From assembly GCF_009914755.1 (NCBI RefSeq), contig NC_060931.1: a DNA stretch of 64,000 nucleotides; one strand, given 5' to 3'. Shown here piece after piece: positions 31,829 to 43,449 of the stretch; position 1 is the stretch's first letter, and the number at the start of each line of letters is the position of its first letter. Source of the DNA: the human T2T-CHM13v2.0 reference genome, Homo sapiens. The position numbers and the translations under genes are program-made. The notes below the pieces were generated by a model. That model was not told where the DNA came from and searched no databases. It worked only from the letters and a program-made list of their open reading frames with translations.

Positions 31829-32681
31829 TCTCCTGTATTTTGGATATTAGCTCTTAGCTATATAGTTTGCTCACACCTTACTCTTAATTTGTCTGTGAAC
31901 GTGGCTGAGAACTCAATTACTCTACCATCTTGGGCAGCTTAGAAGTTGTGGGCTCCGGAGTTGTAAGACGCATTTCGAGTGGCGGTTGGTTACCTATCTT
32001 TACTTGCTGGTGGATTTTAAAACATCCTAATTTACAAAACCAGCAGTAAACCTAAGGCAAGGCTTTTATAGAAACTGTATCTTTTAATTATTTTTTTCCT
32101 TTGAAATTGTACTAAAAAATTTAGACAGGCATGGATTTGAAGGATGATTACTTACAGTTACAGAAGTGGAAAATCCAAAGGAAATGACTTTTTAACCTCT
32201 GAAAAAGTTTTTAAAGTTAACATCAGGGCATACGTGGAGAAGTAAGGAAAGGAAGTGAATACATTGTGCTGAGAGATGTCCACATTGGTGACTGGAGAGA
32301 GACGCCCTGATGGCATTGCTTTCTCTGCCTTGACGAGTTCTGTATCTCATCCTGAAAGTGTTGTTTGCCTCTTCCTGTGGAGTGACACAAGACATCGTGT
32401 TAAGACTGTTGCCAGTTCTAGGAATCTTTGGAAATTCTGATGTTCTACAGAGAGAGAATTATAAACGATTTTTGATTGAGAGGGCTAGTTTAAATGCAGT
32501 GACTTTTAATTATATAACCTTTCTCATTCAACCAGTTGTGAGTTATATCTCCTGTGTGCATGGCACTGTGCTAGATACCATGGTTACAGTGATGAATAAG
32601 ACAGAAGTAGATCCTAGCTTTGGGTGATATTTAAAGCCCAGTTGGGGAGACAGGTATCAGTGCGATAATCTCAGAAATAAA

Positions 32682-33240
32682 GAAATACCATTTGACCCAG
32701 CCATCCCATTACTGGGTATATACCCAAAGGATTATAAATCATGCTGCTATAAAGACACGTGCACACGTATGTTTATTGTGGCACTATTCACAATAGCAAA
32801 GACTTGGAACCAACCCAAATGTCCCACAGTGATAGACTGGACTAAGAAAATGTGGCACATATACACCATGGAATACTATGCAGCCGTAAAAGAGGATGAG
32901 TTCATGTCCTTTGTAGGGACATGGATGAAGCTGGAAACCATCATTCTCAGCAAACTAACACAAGGACAAAAAACCAAACACCGCATGTTCTCACTCATAG
33001 GTGGGAATTGAACAGTGAGAAAACATGGACACAGGAAGGGAAACATCACACACCGGGGCCTGTTGTGGGGTGGGGGGAGGGGGGAGGGATAGCATTAGGA
33101 GATATACCTAATGCTAAATGACGAGTTAATGGGTGCAGCACAGCAGCATGGCACATGTATACATATGTAACTAACCTGCACGTTGTGCACATGTACCCTA
33201 AAACTTAAAGTATAATAATAATAAAATCTAAAAAAAAAAA
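32682..33240 (+). mobile_element. 5'-truncated primate L1PA (approximately L1PA4-5), inserted at an L2 fragment (~32525-32670)
   Basis: Close match to the L1 ORF2 C-terminus (ORF 32769-33011) plus G-rich 3' UTR and poly-A; 9-bp TSD agaaataaa (32673-32681, 33240-33248). Confidence 0.93.
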
Positions 33241-33435
33241 GAAATAAATGGTGGTTCTAGTTAGTGTCATGGTTAGGGAAGGATTGCACAGATACTAGGT
33301 TACCAAAAATAAAGTATTTGTTGAGCATATACTAGATGAGATGCCAGTGCTGTTTGATAAAATAGCATCTGATGGTTAGATATAACCATGAAACACTGGA
33401 TATAAGCATTAACACTTCTTTTTGCTATTCAACAG

Positions 33436-33542
33436 GTACATTATTCCATCTTTGCAGAAGCTCGATGCTGGGTTTTACCGCTGCGTGGTGCGAAACAGAA
33501 TGGGAGCACTCCTGCAAAGAAAATCAGAAGTTCAAGTCGCAT
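33436..33542 (+). CDS. SDK1: Sidekick-1 coding exon (exon 3), C-terminal half of Ig1: (K)[35 protein letters not shown](Y)
   Basis: Acceptor cttctttttgctattcaacag|G and donor T|gtatgt. 107 nt, phase 2 to 1. Ig F-strand motif DAGFYRC. AA+G gives Lys across the upstream junction. Confidence 0.96.
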
Positions 33543-34296
33543 GTATGTGTACAGTAAGGAGATGTCCAAATGTTAAAGAACAAAGTGTCGCTGGGGAGTC
33601 AATCAGAATCACTTTTCACCATTGTAGGAACTGAGAGTTTATCTTTGGTTCTATTTTGAGTAGAATAATTGCAAAACTCAGTGAGAGATAAGTAAGCAGC
33701 CAGCGTGGCTGGCCAGGTGAGGGGCTGTTGAGGCAAAGGGCACTTTTCTTCATTTGAAAAGACTCAGGACCCTAAGAGGCCCTGGGGAGGACGAAAAAGT
33801 GAATGGGGTGCCTTCTGTTTTAGGAATCAGCTGCTCTTAGCTTGTACTATGTTTGGATTCAAAATGTTTTTAAAGTATAAAGTTCAACCCAATTAGGTCA
33901 AAGTTCGTCATTGTCAGTTCTTTCCAGTGACGATTTGTTTAGAAATCATGCTGCACCACAAAAGGTACATGGATAGTGAGCGTCCCCGATGGCATTCATG
34001 TGATAGTGATTTATTAATTCTTTATTCAGCAGATCCATTTTGGAGAATGAAACTTTTAAAAGTAAACAAAGGAGATATCAAGAATGCAGGAAGCTTAAAT
34101 TTTCATGTAGTCTTGAGGAGAAACAGGAGAGCGAACTTGGCCTATGAAAGTATTTAGTCCTTTTTCTAATTCAAAATCTATGAAGAGTAAAAATGGACTG
34201 TCTGCTTTATTTTATGTACATATGTGTATATATAATAGAGACATAACATATATAATTATATGTCATATATATGTTATATATATAAATAAATATATG

Positions 34297-34580
34297 TTTG
34301 AGATAGGGTCTATCTCTGTCTCTCAGGCTGGAGTGCAGTGGCACAAACATAGCTCACTGCAAGCTTGAACTGGGCTCAAGTGATCCTCCCTCCTCAGCCT
34401 CCCGAGTAGCTAGGACCACAGGTGTGTGCCACCATGCCTGGCTAATCTGGCTAATTTCTTTTGTTTTTGGTAGGGGAGGGATCGCACTGCATTGCCCAGG
34501 TTGGTCTCTAATGCCTGGCCTCAAGTGATCCTCCTGCTCCAGCCTTCCAAAGTGCTGGGATTACAAGAGTGAGCTTGGCT
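34297..34580 (-). mobile_element. Alu (AluJ-like) with AT-rich decayed tail (~34215-34296)
   Basis: gagatagggtctatctctg...; lies in the exon 3-4 intron. Confidence 0.88.
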
Positions 34581-35111
34581 TGTTTTACTATATCTTGAAT
34601 GTATTACCAAAATTTCTCTTTGTTTAAAAGTAAGCAAAAAAATGTTATAAGATGTTAAATTACATTTTAATATATCATTATAAACTTTAGAGAACAAAAG
34701 AGCTCCTGAGTTGGGCTGTACTATTTGGTGATGACAGAATTTCCTCATTTGTCATTTTAACCCCAATTAAGTGTTGTAGCTTTCAGTGTGAGTAGATGAA
34801 ATAAAATAATATCTAGTTATTTTACCATAAGCCTAATGACTGAGTGAAGTGGAGATGCTATACATGTTTGATGCTTTTTAAAATCACTAGGAAGGCTTAA
34901 ATTTTTCTAAATTGTGATGCCGAAGAATGTTGCAGAATAATTGAGAACTTTTATTCAATTGAATGATTGAAAATGTAATCATTAAATAGAGTGAAGACGA
35001 ATACCTAAATTATATTTTAAGAAGAGCTTCAAAATTATTAAACTCTGTTTTATAAAACTGAATTTTGCTTAATTATGTTTTTGTTTCTGTTCTGTATCTC
35101 TAGCTCTTCAA

Positions 35112-35406
35112 TTTTTTTTTTTCTTTTTTGAGACGGAGTCTGGCTCTGTCACCCAGGCTGGAGTGCAATGGCACAATCTTGACTCACCGCAACCTCCGCC
35201 TCCTAGGTTCAAGTGATTCTCCTGCTTCAGCCTCCTGAGCAGCTGGGATTACAGGCACCTACCACCACACCCAGCTAATTTTTGTATTTTTGGTAGAGAT
35301 CGGGCTTCACCATGTTGGCCAGGCTGGTGTCAAATTCCTGACCTCGTGATCCACCCGCCTCGGCCTCCCAAAGTGCTGGGATGACAGGTGTGAGCCACTG
35401 TGCTCT
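35112..35406 (-). mobile_element. Alu (AluS-like)
   Basis: Poly-T, full dimer. Confidence 0.92.
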
Positions 35407-36385
35407 GCGTTTAGATTTTTTTTTTTTAATCTTTCTTTTCTCCTTTGCTTTGATAACAAATTTCATTTTCTTTTGAAAAAACTATGAGTATTTTTCTAAT
35501 CTGTTTTGTTGGTTTGTTTCATCTTTTCCCTCAAGTATTAGACACTGTCACATAGAAAATGTCTTTTGACTGAAGAAGACATTGATAATAGAGCACTTCT
35601 GTGGACTATTTCAAACTTATTTATGTTTAAATAAAAATACACTATTTTGCCATATCTGTTTGTATATATATTTACATCTGACCATAATATGGAATCTTAT
35701 TCAAAATTTTCAAATGTTACAAATTTTAAAATTAGCCTTTTATACCTCCATTCTAATAGCTATGTTTTGTCCTATGACCCCATTTTTTAAATTTTTTTTA
35801 TCAGTAGAACAAATACTGGAACAAAAGCTAGTTGCCCCAGATTAAGTCAACAGTATGAGAGTGGGAGAATAGTATATAGACTCTTCAGTGGTTAGGAAAT
35901 ATTGCTCCCAAAAGATCTGTGCAGGAGACAGTGACCTCACAAATGAAGGAAACAAGCTGAAGAGAGCAAGGGCCGGTGCCGGGCTGGAACGAGTTTGAAA
36001 GATTTAGGAGCTAGGAGATGTCTGGACACATTTTCTGACAGTTTCTGAGAAAACTGCTTCACGTGGCTCTAGGATGGCTTCAGCATTTCATTTCAGTGTC
36101 ACAGACAGTTGCAGACATTTCCTTGTATTGTCAGGTAGGACAAAGACCATGTGGCTTTGCTGAGGAATGTGCAGCGTGGGCGCTTTGGAGGCGCGTGGCT
36201 TGCCCGGTGCTTCACTCGCAAGCAGATCCGCGTTGGTCAGCGCTGCCGTGCAGTCTCGCTCGTCCTGGTGTGAAATGTGGCAGCATCAGTGACTTTACTG
36301 TAACACTTACCTGTTTCCATCTGTGACCCCTTCCCTCCCCCAAAAATGTTTTCTAGAACTTGAAAGCACTTCTTTTTCTCTGCAG

Positions 36386-36533
36386 ATATGGGAAGTTTCA
36401 TGGATACGGACCAGAGGAAAACAGTTTCTCAAGGACGTGCAGCGATTCTAAACCTGCTGCCCATCACCAGCTACCCCAGACCTCAAGTGACTTGGTTTAG
36501 AGAAGGGCACAAGATTATTCCAAGCAACAGAAT
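36386..36533 (+). CDS. SDK1: Sidekick-1 coding exon (exon 4), N-terminal half of Ig2: (Y)MGSFMDTDQRKTVSQGRAAILNLLPITSYPRPQVTWFREGHKIIPSNR
   Basis: Acceptor cttctttttctctgcag|AT and donor AT|gtaagt. 148 nt, phase 1 to 2. T+AT gives Tyr across the junction; P.P.VTWFR is the Ig C strand. Too short to appear in the ORF track. Confidence 0.95.
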
Positions 36534-37467
36534 GTAAGTTGCTCCAAACGTTAAAGCTTCAAATACAATTGTAATGTCACTTGCTGGCACCATCTACACA
36601 GTAAGTGTACCAATTAAGGTTACCGATGATTTAAAAAGAGCAAACTAGTCTAGGAGTCCTATCCTAATTTTTAATAAACAGCTATTTGAGGGCTGGCTTG
36701 AATATTTTTAACCAGTTTAAGCAAATAACTGTCTAATATTATTCTTCAGAATGTTGCATGCCCTAAAACTAAAGCAGCCTTACCCAACTTTGCAGTCCAT
36801 TTTTTTCTTTTCTGAGTGTACTTTTTAAGATGTCATTGTCATCCCTGAGTTGGGTTTGCCTCCTAGTACTAATTTAATGAGTGCTGGTATTTACTTACAG
36901 TGCTGTGGGGTTTTTTTTCCCCCTCCTTTTATTGAGCCATGTTTGATACTGCTTTCTCTGACGATAAAACAGTAATTACTGCTTATTTCTCTTTATCCTT
37001 TTATCCTACCATGACAGTTTTATTTCTCTTCATCTAATTAGTGGTTCACCCATCTATTGCAGAATAGTTGCTTTGTGATTAGTTAGGCAAGAACATCTTG
37101 AAATAATGCTTATCTCACATTCAAGATATTTATCTAATGCCCGACAGGTTTTCTTCACTTGGAGCTTTAAGTGATTAAAAAGAACACTTGGTATATATTT
37201 CATAACTGGACATTTTACAACCTAATTTAAAGACAATATTCCAAACATAAAGGTTTCAAGGCTGAACATTTCCAGAAGAATCATGAAATGCTATAAGCTT
37301 AGGCCAGAAGTCAGATATTTATGCCATCCAGTGGTTGCACTCAGATAAAAATTCATCAGGAGCAAATACTATTGTTGTGCTTTTTCAAAAAGAATATGTG
37401 TGAGGTCATTTGCCAAATAGATTTTACATCTAACTGTGAAAGTCACTGTGGGAACCCACCTGCTCTC

Positions 37468-38235
37468 TCCCCTACCTGAGCATCTGTGGAATCCCTTCCC
37501 GAAGCCTTGTGATTCTGATCTCCAACCCTACCTGAGCATCTGTGGAATCCTTTCGCTAAATCTCATGATTCTCCTCTCCACCCCTACCTGAGCATCTGTG
37601 GAATCCCTTCCTGAAGGCTCATGATTCTTGTCTCCCACCCCTACCTGAGCATCTGTGGAATCCCTTCCCTAAACCTCATGATTCTCATCTACCTGAACAT
37701 CTGTGGAATCCTTTCCCTAAACCTCGTGATTCTCATCTCCCACCCCTACCTGAGCATCTGTGGAATCCTTTCCCTAAACCTGGTGATTCTCGTCTCCCAC
37801 CCCCACCTGAGCATCTGTGGAATCCCTTCCCTAAAGCTGTTGATTCTCGTCTCCTACCCCCACCTGAGCATCTGTGGAATCCTTCCCCTAAACCTGGTGA
37901 TTCTCCTCTCCCACTCCCACCTGAGCATCTGTGGAATCCCTTTCGTAAACCTCATGATTCTTGTCTCCACCCCCACCTGAGCATCTGTGGAGTCCCTTCC
38001 CTAAACCTGGTGATTCTCCTCTCCCACCCCCACCTGAGCATCTGTGGAATCCCTTCCCTAAGCCTCCTGATTCTCTTCTCCCATCCCCACCTGAGCATCT
38101 GCGGAATCCCTTCCCTAAACCTCATGATTCTCATCTCCCACCCCTACCTGAGCATCTGTGGAATTCCTTCCCTAAACCTGGTGATTCTCCTCTCCCACCC
38201 CCACCTGAGCATCTGTGGAATCCTTTCCCTAAGCC
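37468..38235. repeat. Minisatellite, 57-bp unit, ~14 copies
   Basis: Unit cccc(t/c)acctgagcatctgtggaatcc(c/t)ttccctaaacct(c/g)(a/g)tgattctc(a/c/g)tctccca; core acctgagcatctg counted 14 times; 19-aa periodicity in the overlapping ORFs. Confidence 0.97.
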
Positions 38236-38282
38236 CCATGTCTCCAGTCTTCTAGTTCTGGACCAGGATCTGGCTGGAACCT

Positions 38283-38621
38283 AAATAATAATAATTATTA
38301 TTATTACTATTAATAATTATATAATACTTATAATTAATAATTATTATTTTGAGACAGAGTCCCTCTGTCACCCAGGCTGAGGTACAGTGGCCTGATCTCA
38401 GCTCACTGCAACCTCTCCCTCCCAGGTTCAAGCGATTCTCCTGCCTCAGCCTCCTGAGTAGCTGGGACTGCAGGTGTGTGTCACCATCCCCGGCTAATTT
38501 TTGTGTTTTTAGCAGAGGTGAGGTTTTACCATGTGTCCAGGCTAGTCTCGAAGTCCTTACCTCAAATGATCCACCTGCCTCGGCCTCCCAAAGTGCTGGG
38601 ATTACAGGCATGAGCCACCAC
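38283..38621 (-). mobile_element. Alu (AluS-like) with (TAA/TTA)n tail
   Basis: Alu body 38346-38621. Confidence 0.9.
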
Positions 38622-38914
38622 TTAAGCTTATTTCACAAATGTTTCTATTTTGGTTATTGGGAACAAAAATTTATATATATATATATATATATATATATGC
38701 ATGCAGCATATTTTAAAATTCTGGTAGAAATACCAGTTACCTTAGAAGATGGGATAATTGCTATCCTTTTTTCTTTATTTAATTACAAGTTACTTAGGTA
38801 TCCACCTTTATATTGATTCCAATAATAAAAGATGCCTCGAGTTTCGATGAAACAAAAATGAAGGATCAATTTTTCATTCTTAGTAGACTGTTAGGCTTTA
38901 AAAAGGCAGGTAAG

Positions 38915-39243
38915 GGCCATTTGCGGTGGCTTGTTCCTATAATCTCGGCACTTTAGGATGCTGATTGCTTGAGTTTAAAGCAATCTGGAGTTTAAAAACA
39001 GCCTGGGCAACATACTGAAACCTTATCTCTACTGAAAATTAAAAAAAAATAGCTGGGTGTGGTGGCACGAACCTGTATTTCTAGCTATTTGCTACTTGGG
39101 AGGCTGAGGTAGGAAGATAGCTTGAGGCCAGAAGTTGGAGGTTGCAGTGAGCTACGATGGTGCCCCTGTACTCCAGCCTGGGTGACAGAGCAAGACCCTG
39201 TCTCCAAAAAAAAAAAAAAAAAAAAAAAACAAAAAAAAAAAAC
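38915..39243 (+). mobile_element. Alu (AluJ-like)
   Basis: Dimer with long A tail. Confidence 0.88.
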
Positions 39244-40296
39244 AGCAACAACGGCGGGGCAGGGGGTGGCAGGCAAGATACATTCTTGTATAAATATTCT
39301 AGAAGTTTCCAGTGCTGACCACAGTATGACCAGGCAAACTTAGGATAAATGTTGGGGGAGAATTGGTACCAGGGATGGGGGGAGTTAGATTGAATTAGGC
39401 TTTCCTCTCAAGCACTGGAGCTTTTAATTAACGTCAGTGGCAGCAAAATTCATGGTGGAAGAATTCTTTCAACTTAGCAGCAAATAAGTCTGTATTAATC
39501 TACCTGTTAACCTGTGTTCTCACTATATGCATGAGACAGCACTTATTCACGAGTATGACAGGGTATAGAATGAAAGAACTTAATTTCATAAATTTTTTAA
39601 ACTTGCAAATACATGCTAATGCCTGTTTAATTCCTGGTGAGCTAATAAAGTAAAGATGCTAGAAGGGCTTTAACTTGGTGTAATATCAAACAAATGGTCT
39701 GCTTACAAGCATGAAGCTGTTGGTAAATCTCTAATCTCAGGAAAATAATGCAGTATACCATTTTTTAAAGAGATGAGATGAGGCTGATTATGGATATTTA
39801 CACTTTTACAAGGCCCTTTAGTTTCATATTTTCCACCTCATCATCACCCCAAGTCTATTAAGTACCTGCTGTGCAAGATTACATAAATCAGTATGGATAT
39901 GTGTTTTTCTCCACAAATTTATACATCGTCCAAAGACATATAGCTTTCACATCCCAAGTACACTGATTTGATCTTTACAAATTATATGAATATTAAATGA
40001 TCACATGTACCCTGAAACTATGTACATCTATTATGCACTAATAAAAAGTTTACCTGTTTAAAAATTAAAAAATCTAGATGCGAAAACCCAATATATTGCT
40101 TTCCATGTCTAAGAAAGTACAGTTTTTGACTGAAGATGGGAGGGTATCTCTGCATTCCTCGCACCCACGGGATTGGTAGCACAAGTCAGATGGCATCATA
40201 TTTGTTATATACCCACAGAGATGCCATTTAAAAACTAGAGCATTTGACTCAAGGTGCTTCCCACATATTGAAATGCAGGTGAAGTTTCTGCACCTA

Positions 40297-40599
40297 TTTT
40301 TTTTTTATTTTTATTTTTTGAGATGGAGTCTTGTTCTGTTGCCCAGGCTGGAGTGCAGTGGCCCAATCTAGGCTCACTGCAACCTCTGCCTCCCGAGGTC
40401 AAGCGATGTTCCTACCTCAGCCTTCTGAGTAGCTGAGATTACAGGCGCACCCCACTATGCCCAGCTGATTTTTGTCTTTTTAGTAGAGATGGGGTTTCAC
40501 CATGCTGGCCAGGCTGGTCTCGAACTCCTGACCTTGTGATCCACCCACCTCGGCCTCCCAGAGTGCTGGGATTATAGGCGTGAGCCACTACACCCAGCC
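40297..40599 (-). mobile_element. Alu (AluS-like)
   Basis: TSD tttctgcacctattttt on both sides. Confidence 0.93.
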
Positions 40600-40849
40600 T
40601 TTCTGCACCTATTTTTAACCTCCTTGTGTGAGTTTGGTTCCCTAATACGTGCACCTTTGTCATGTGGTGAAAGCAGTTCATTTTCTCTCCCCACCTCCAT
40701 GTTTAAACATTACCTCATTATCTGCCTTTAAAATGTGGGCTTTAGGCTTATAATTAAATGATTTTTTTTTTCATTTTCAAGGGAACAGTAAGTCTAATGT
40801 TTTCTAACTTGAAAAATAAGTTGAATATCCTATTAATAATCTTAACAGG

Positions 40850-41060
40850 AGCTATTATTTATTGAGTACCTACTTTAAACATATCTTCTCTAATCCTCAC
40901 AATTGCCTTCTGAGGCAGGTATAATTAGCTCTATGTATAGTTATCAGAATGGAAGATTATGGATGTTAAATTACTTACCCCAGGGCCCCCAGCCAATACA
41001 CACAGAGCCAGGGTTCACACCCGGGTCTGCCTGACACTCAGTCTCATGCTCACTTCTGGA
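40850..41060 (-). mobile_element. MIR
   Basis: atttattgagtacctact...taatcctcacaattgcc...gttaaattacttaccccagg. Confidence 0.65.
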
Positions 41061-41251
41061 TCAGCCTGATTCTTTCCACTTTATTGGCTGATAATTTTTT
41101 ATGTTTTTGATTATTTTTTCCATACATTGCTCTAGTCTTTCTCATCATTTAGAAGACCAGCTTTCAACTTGAAAAGACATGGATTAACCTGGGTTTGCAT
41201 AGAGGGGTTGAAAAGTGTCAGAGACTGGTATGTTTTGAAAGTAGAGACAAT

Positions 41252-41873
41252 CTACAATTATCTCAGATACTATGTTTAATTAAAAATAGGTGGAAAAGGA
41301 TAAATACCTTATGATTCCACTCACACAAGATAATTAGAGTAGTCAAATTCATAGAGACAGAAAGCAGAACATTGGTTGCCAGGGACTTGGGGGAAGGAGG
41401 GAGTGGGGAGTTATGTTTAATGGGTACAGAGTTTCACAAGATGGAAAGATGTGCTGAAGATGGATGATGGTGATGATCGCACAACAGTGTGAATGCACTT
41501 AATGCCACTAACTATACTTAAAAGTGGTTAAAATAATTAATCTTAGGCCACGGATGGTGGCTCACACCTGTACTCCCAGCGCTCTGGGAGGCCAAAGCAG
41601 GAGGATGGCTTGAGCCCAGTAGCTTGAAGCTGCAGTGAGCTGTGATCACGCTATAGCAGTCTAGCCTGGATGGTAAAGTGAGACCCTCTCTCTATTTTTT
41701 AAATTATATTTTACCACGATTTTAATTGTCTTTTTTTTTCCAAAACAAAAAATAACGTCTTCCAAAGACTTCCCACTGTGTACAGATTAAAATCCAGATT
41801 CCTTCCCACATTCTGGGGCTATAGGGCCAGAGTCTCTTGCAGTTTAGCAAATACATCAAGCTCTTTTCTGTTT
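41252..41873 (-). repeat. Inverted duplicate of 44323-44950 (L1M piece + Alu monomer + L2 piece)
   Basis: Colinear reverse-complement match over ~625 bp; hand alignment of the first 130 bp shows 6 mismatches. Confidence 0.95.
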
Positions 41874-41882
41874 TGAAAGTTG

Positions 41883-42165
41883 GAGACAGTCTTGCTCTGT
41901 CTCCCATGCTGGAGTGAAGTTGAAGTGGCATGATCTCAGCTAACTGCAACCTCCAACTCCAGGGCTCAAATGATTTTCATGCTTCAGCCTCCAGAGCACC
42001 TGGGATTACAGGCGTGCGCCACTATGCCTGGCTATTTTTTTTTGTATTTTTATTGGAGACTTTGTTTCACCATGTTGCCCAGGCTGGTCTTGAACTCCTG
42101 ACTTCAGGCAATCCACCCGCCTCTGCCTCCCAAAGTGCTGGGATTACAGACCACCGTGCCCGGCC
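41883..42165 (-). mobile_element. Alu (AluS-like) lacking a recognisable poly-A tail
   Basis: gagacagtcttgctctgtc...cgtgcccggcc. Confidence 0.88.
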
Positions 42166-43449
42166 AGTTTTAGGTGGTTTTGACCACCTAAAATGTTTTT
42201 GTTTTTCTACCTACATTTGGCCTCTTGGTATGCATAGGAGATACACAGTGCTGGAATGGCTGGATGAATGAATGTGAAGAAAAGTCGTGTAATGTCCACA
42301 GACATCTTCAGCAGAAGGGGAAAAAAAATGAGAACAAACCTCAAGGAAAAATGCTGTTGATGAGGCAGAAAAAATATCTTGGAAAGACGAACAGTATATT
42401 GAGAGAATTGAAAATAAGTTATATTCAGAATTTGAATAGGTAATTACAGGTTTTATCTGAGAAGTTGAAAACCCCATACATTTATTTTTCTGATTTACTG
42501 AGTCCAAAGTTTGCTATCTTTGCATATCAAAGATGAGCTTAGCTTTGTCATATAAATACAGTCTAATTTGATAATAAAATTGTTCTGTGTTATTTTGGTT
42601 TAGATATATTTTCTTTATTTCCATTTATTTCTCAAAATATGAAATGTGAATATCGATGCCATGCTGTACTTCTCTTTCCTCCACGACGTTATTTATGTTG
42701 GTAGTTATCAGATTAGAACACAAAATCTTAACTCTATACAGTGCCATTCTTGTGCTTAATTGCAGGTTCTTCTGCTCAAATTGCATCCTGTAGCCTACCT
42801 GACAGGAATGTGCAAGCACAAGTATTCTTGAATGTTTTTTTCCTGGAAATGCAAAGTTTATAGATGAATGTTTCAAACCTTCAGTCAGCTTTGCAATAGA
42901 CAACTTGCCAGTAATGATCTGGATTGTGAAGTATGGGCAGTAAACAGCATCCCAGGTGACTCAGAAACAGTCTGATTCATAATTGTCCATGCTTAAATAC
43001 TTGAACATCCATTAACTTATTACCATTTCATTTCAATTTCTTCAAGAAAGATTTGTTTAAATTAGCGCTTGCATTGGAAGTCACAACTTAATGCTCGAAT
43101 GAAGTAGATCTGGTTGTAATAATGTTTTTATAGTTAACTAGGCTTTCAAAATAATGTGCTTTTAAAATTTTATATTTTATAGGCATTTTGTGAATGTTTA
43201 TAGAGTATATGTGTGAACCGAGCCATATTTGGTATAAGTAAAACAGACGAGTAGATGCGGGTTCCAGGCCTGCTTTCACCGTAATTCTGACCTTGGGAAA
43301 ATTACTTATTCTCCCTTTGCCTCCATTTTGCCATGTCGATGAAAAGGGTTTTCTAATCACTTCTGCAATCCTTTCTGGTATTAATGTTCAGTGCTGCTGT
43401 TAAGGAAGGGGGTGCCATGGCAGTTGTTCTTCCCCTCCCTCTCTTTCTT

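Noticed and set aside
33430-33442. AG|GT at the exon 3 acceptor (and tcag|gtagga at 36131-36140) as recursive splice sites
   Set aside because: The reconstituted donors (AA|GTACAT, GTAGGA) are weak, AGGT is common by chance, and there is no supporting evidence from sequence alone.
37468-38235. CRISPR-like look of the regularly spaced repeats, and 19-aa-periodic ORFs on both strands (37621-37980, 37952-38134, 37961-38284, 38010-38255)
   Set aside because: The units are contiguous with no unique spacers, there are no cas genes, and the DNA is eukaryotic. The open frames follow from a 57-bp (3n) unit and are broken by 1-bp indels; no splice or promoter support.
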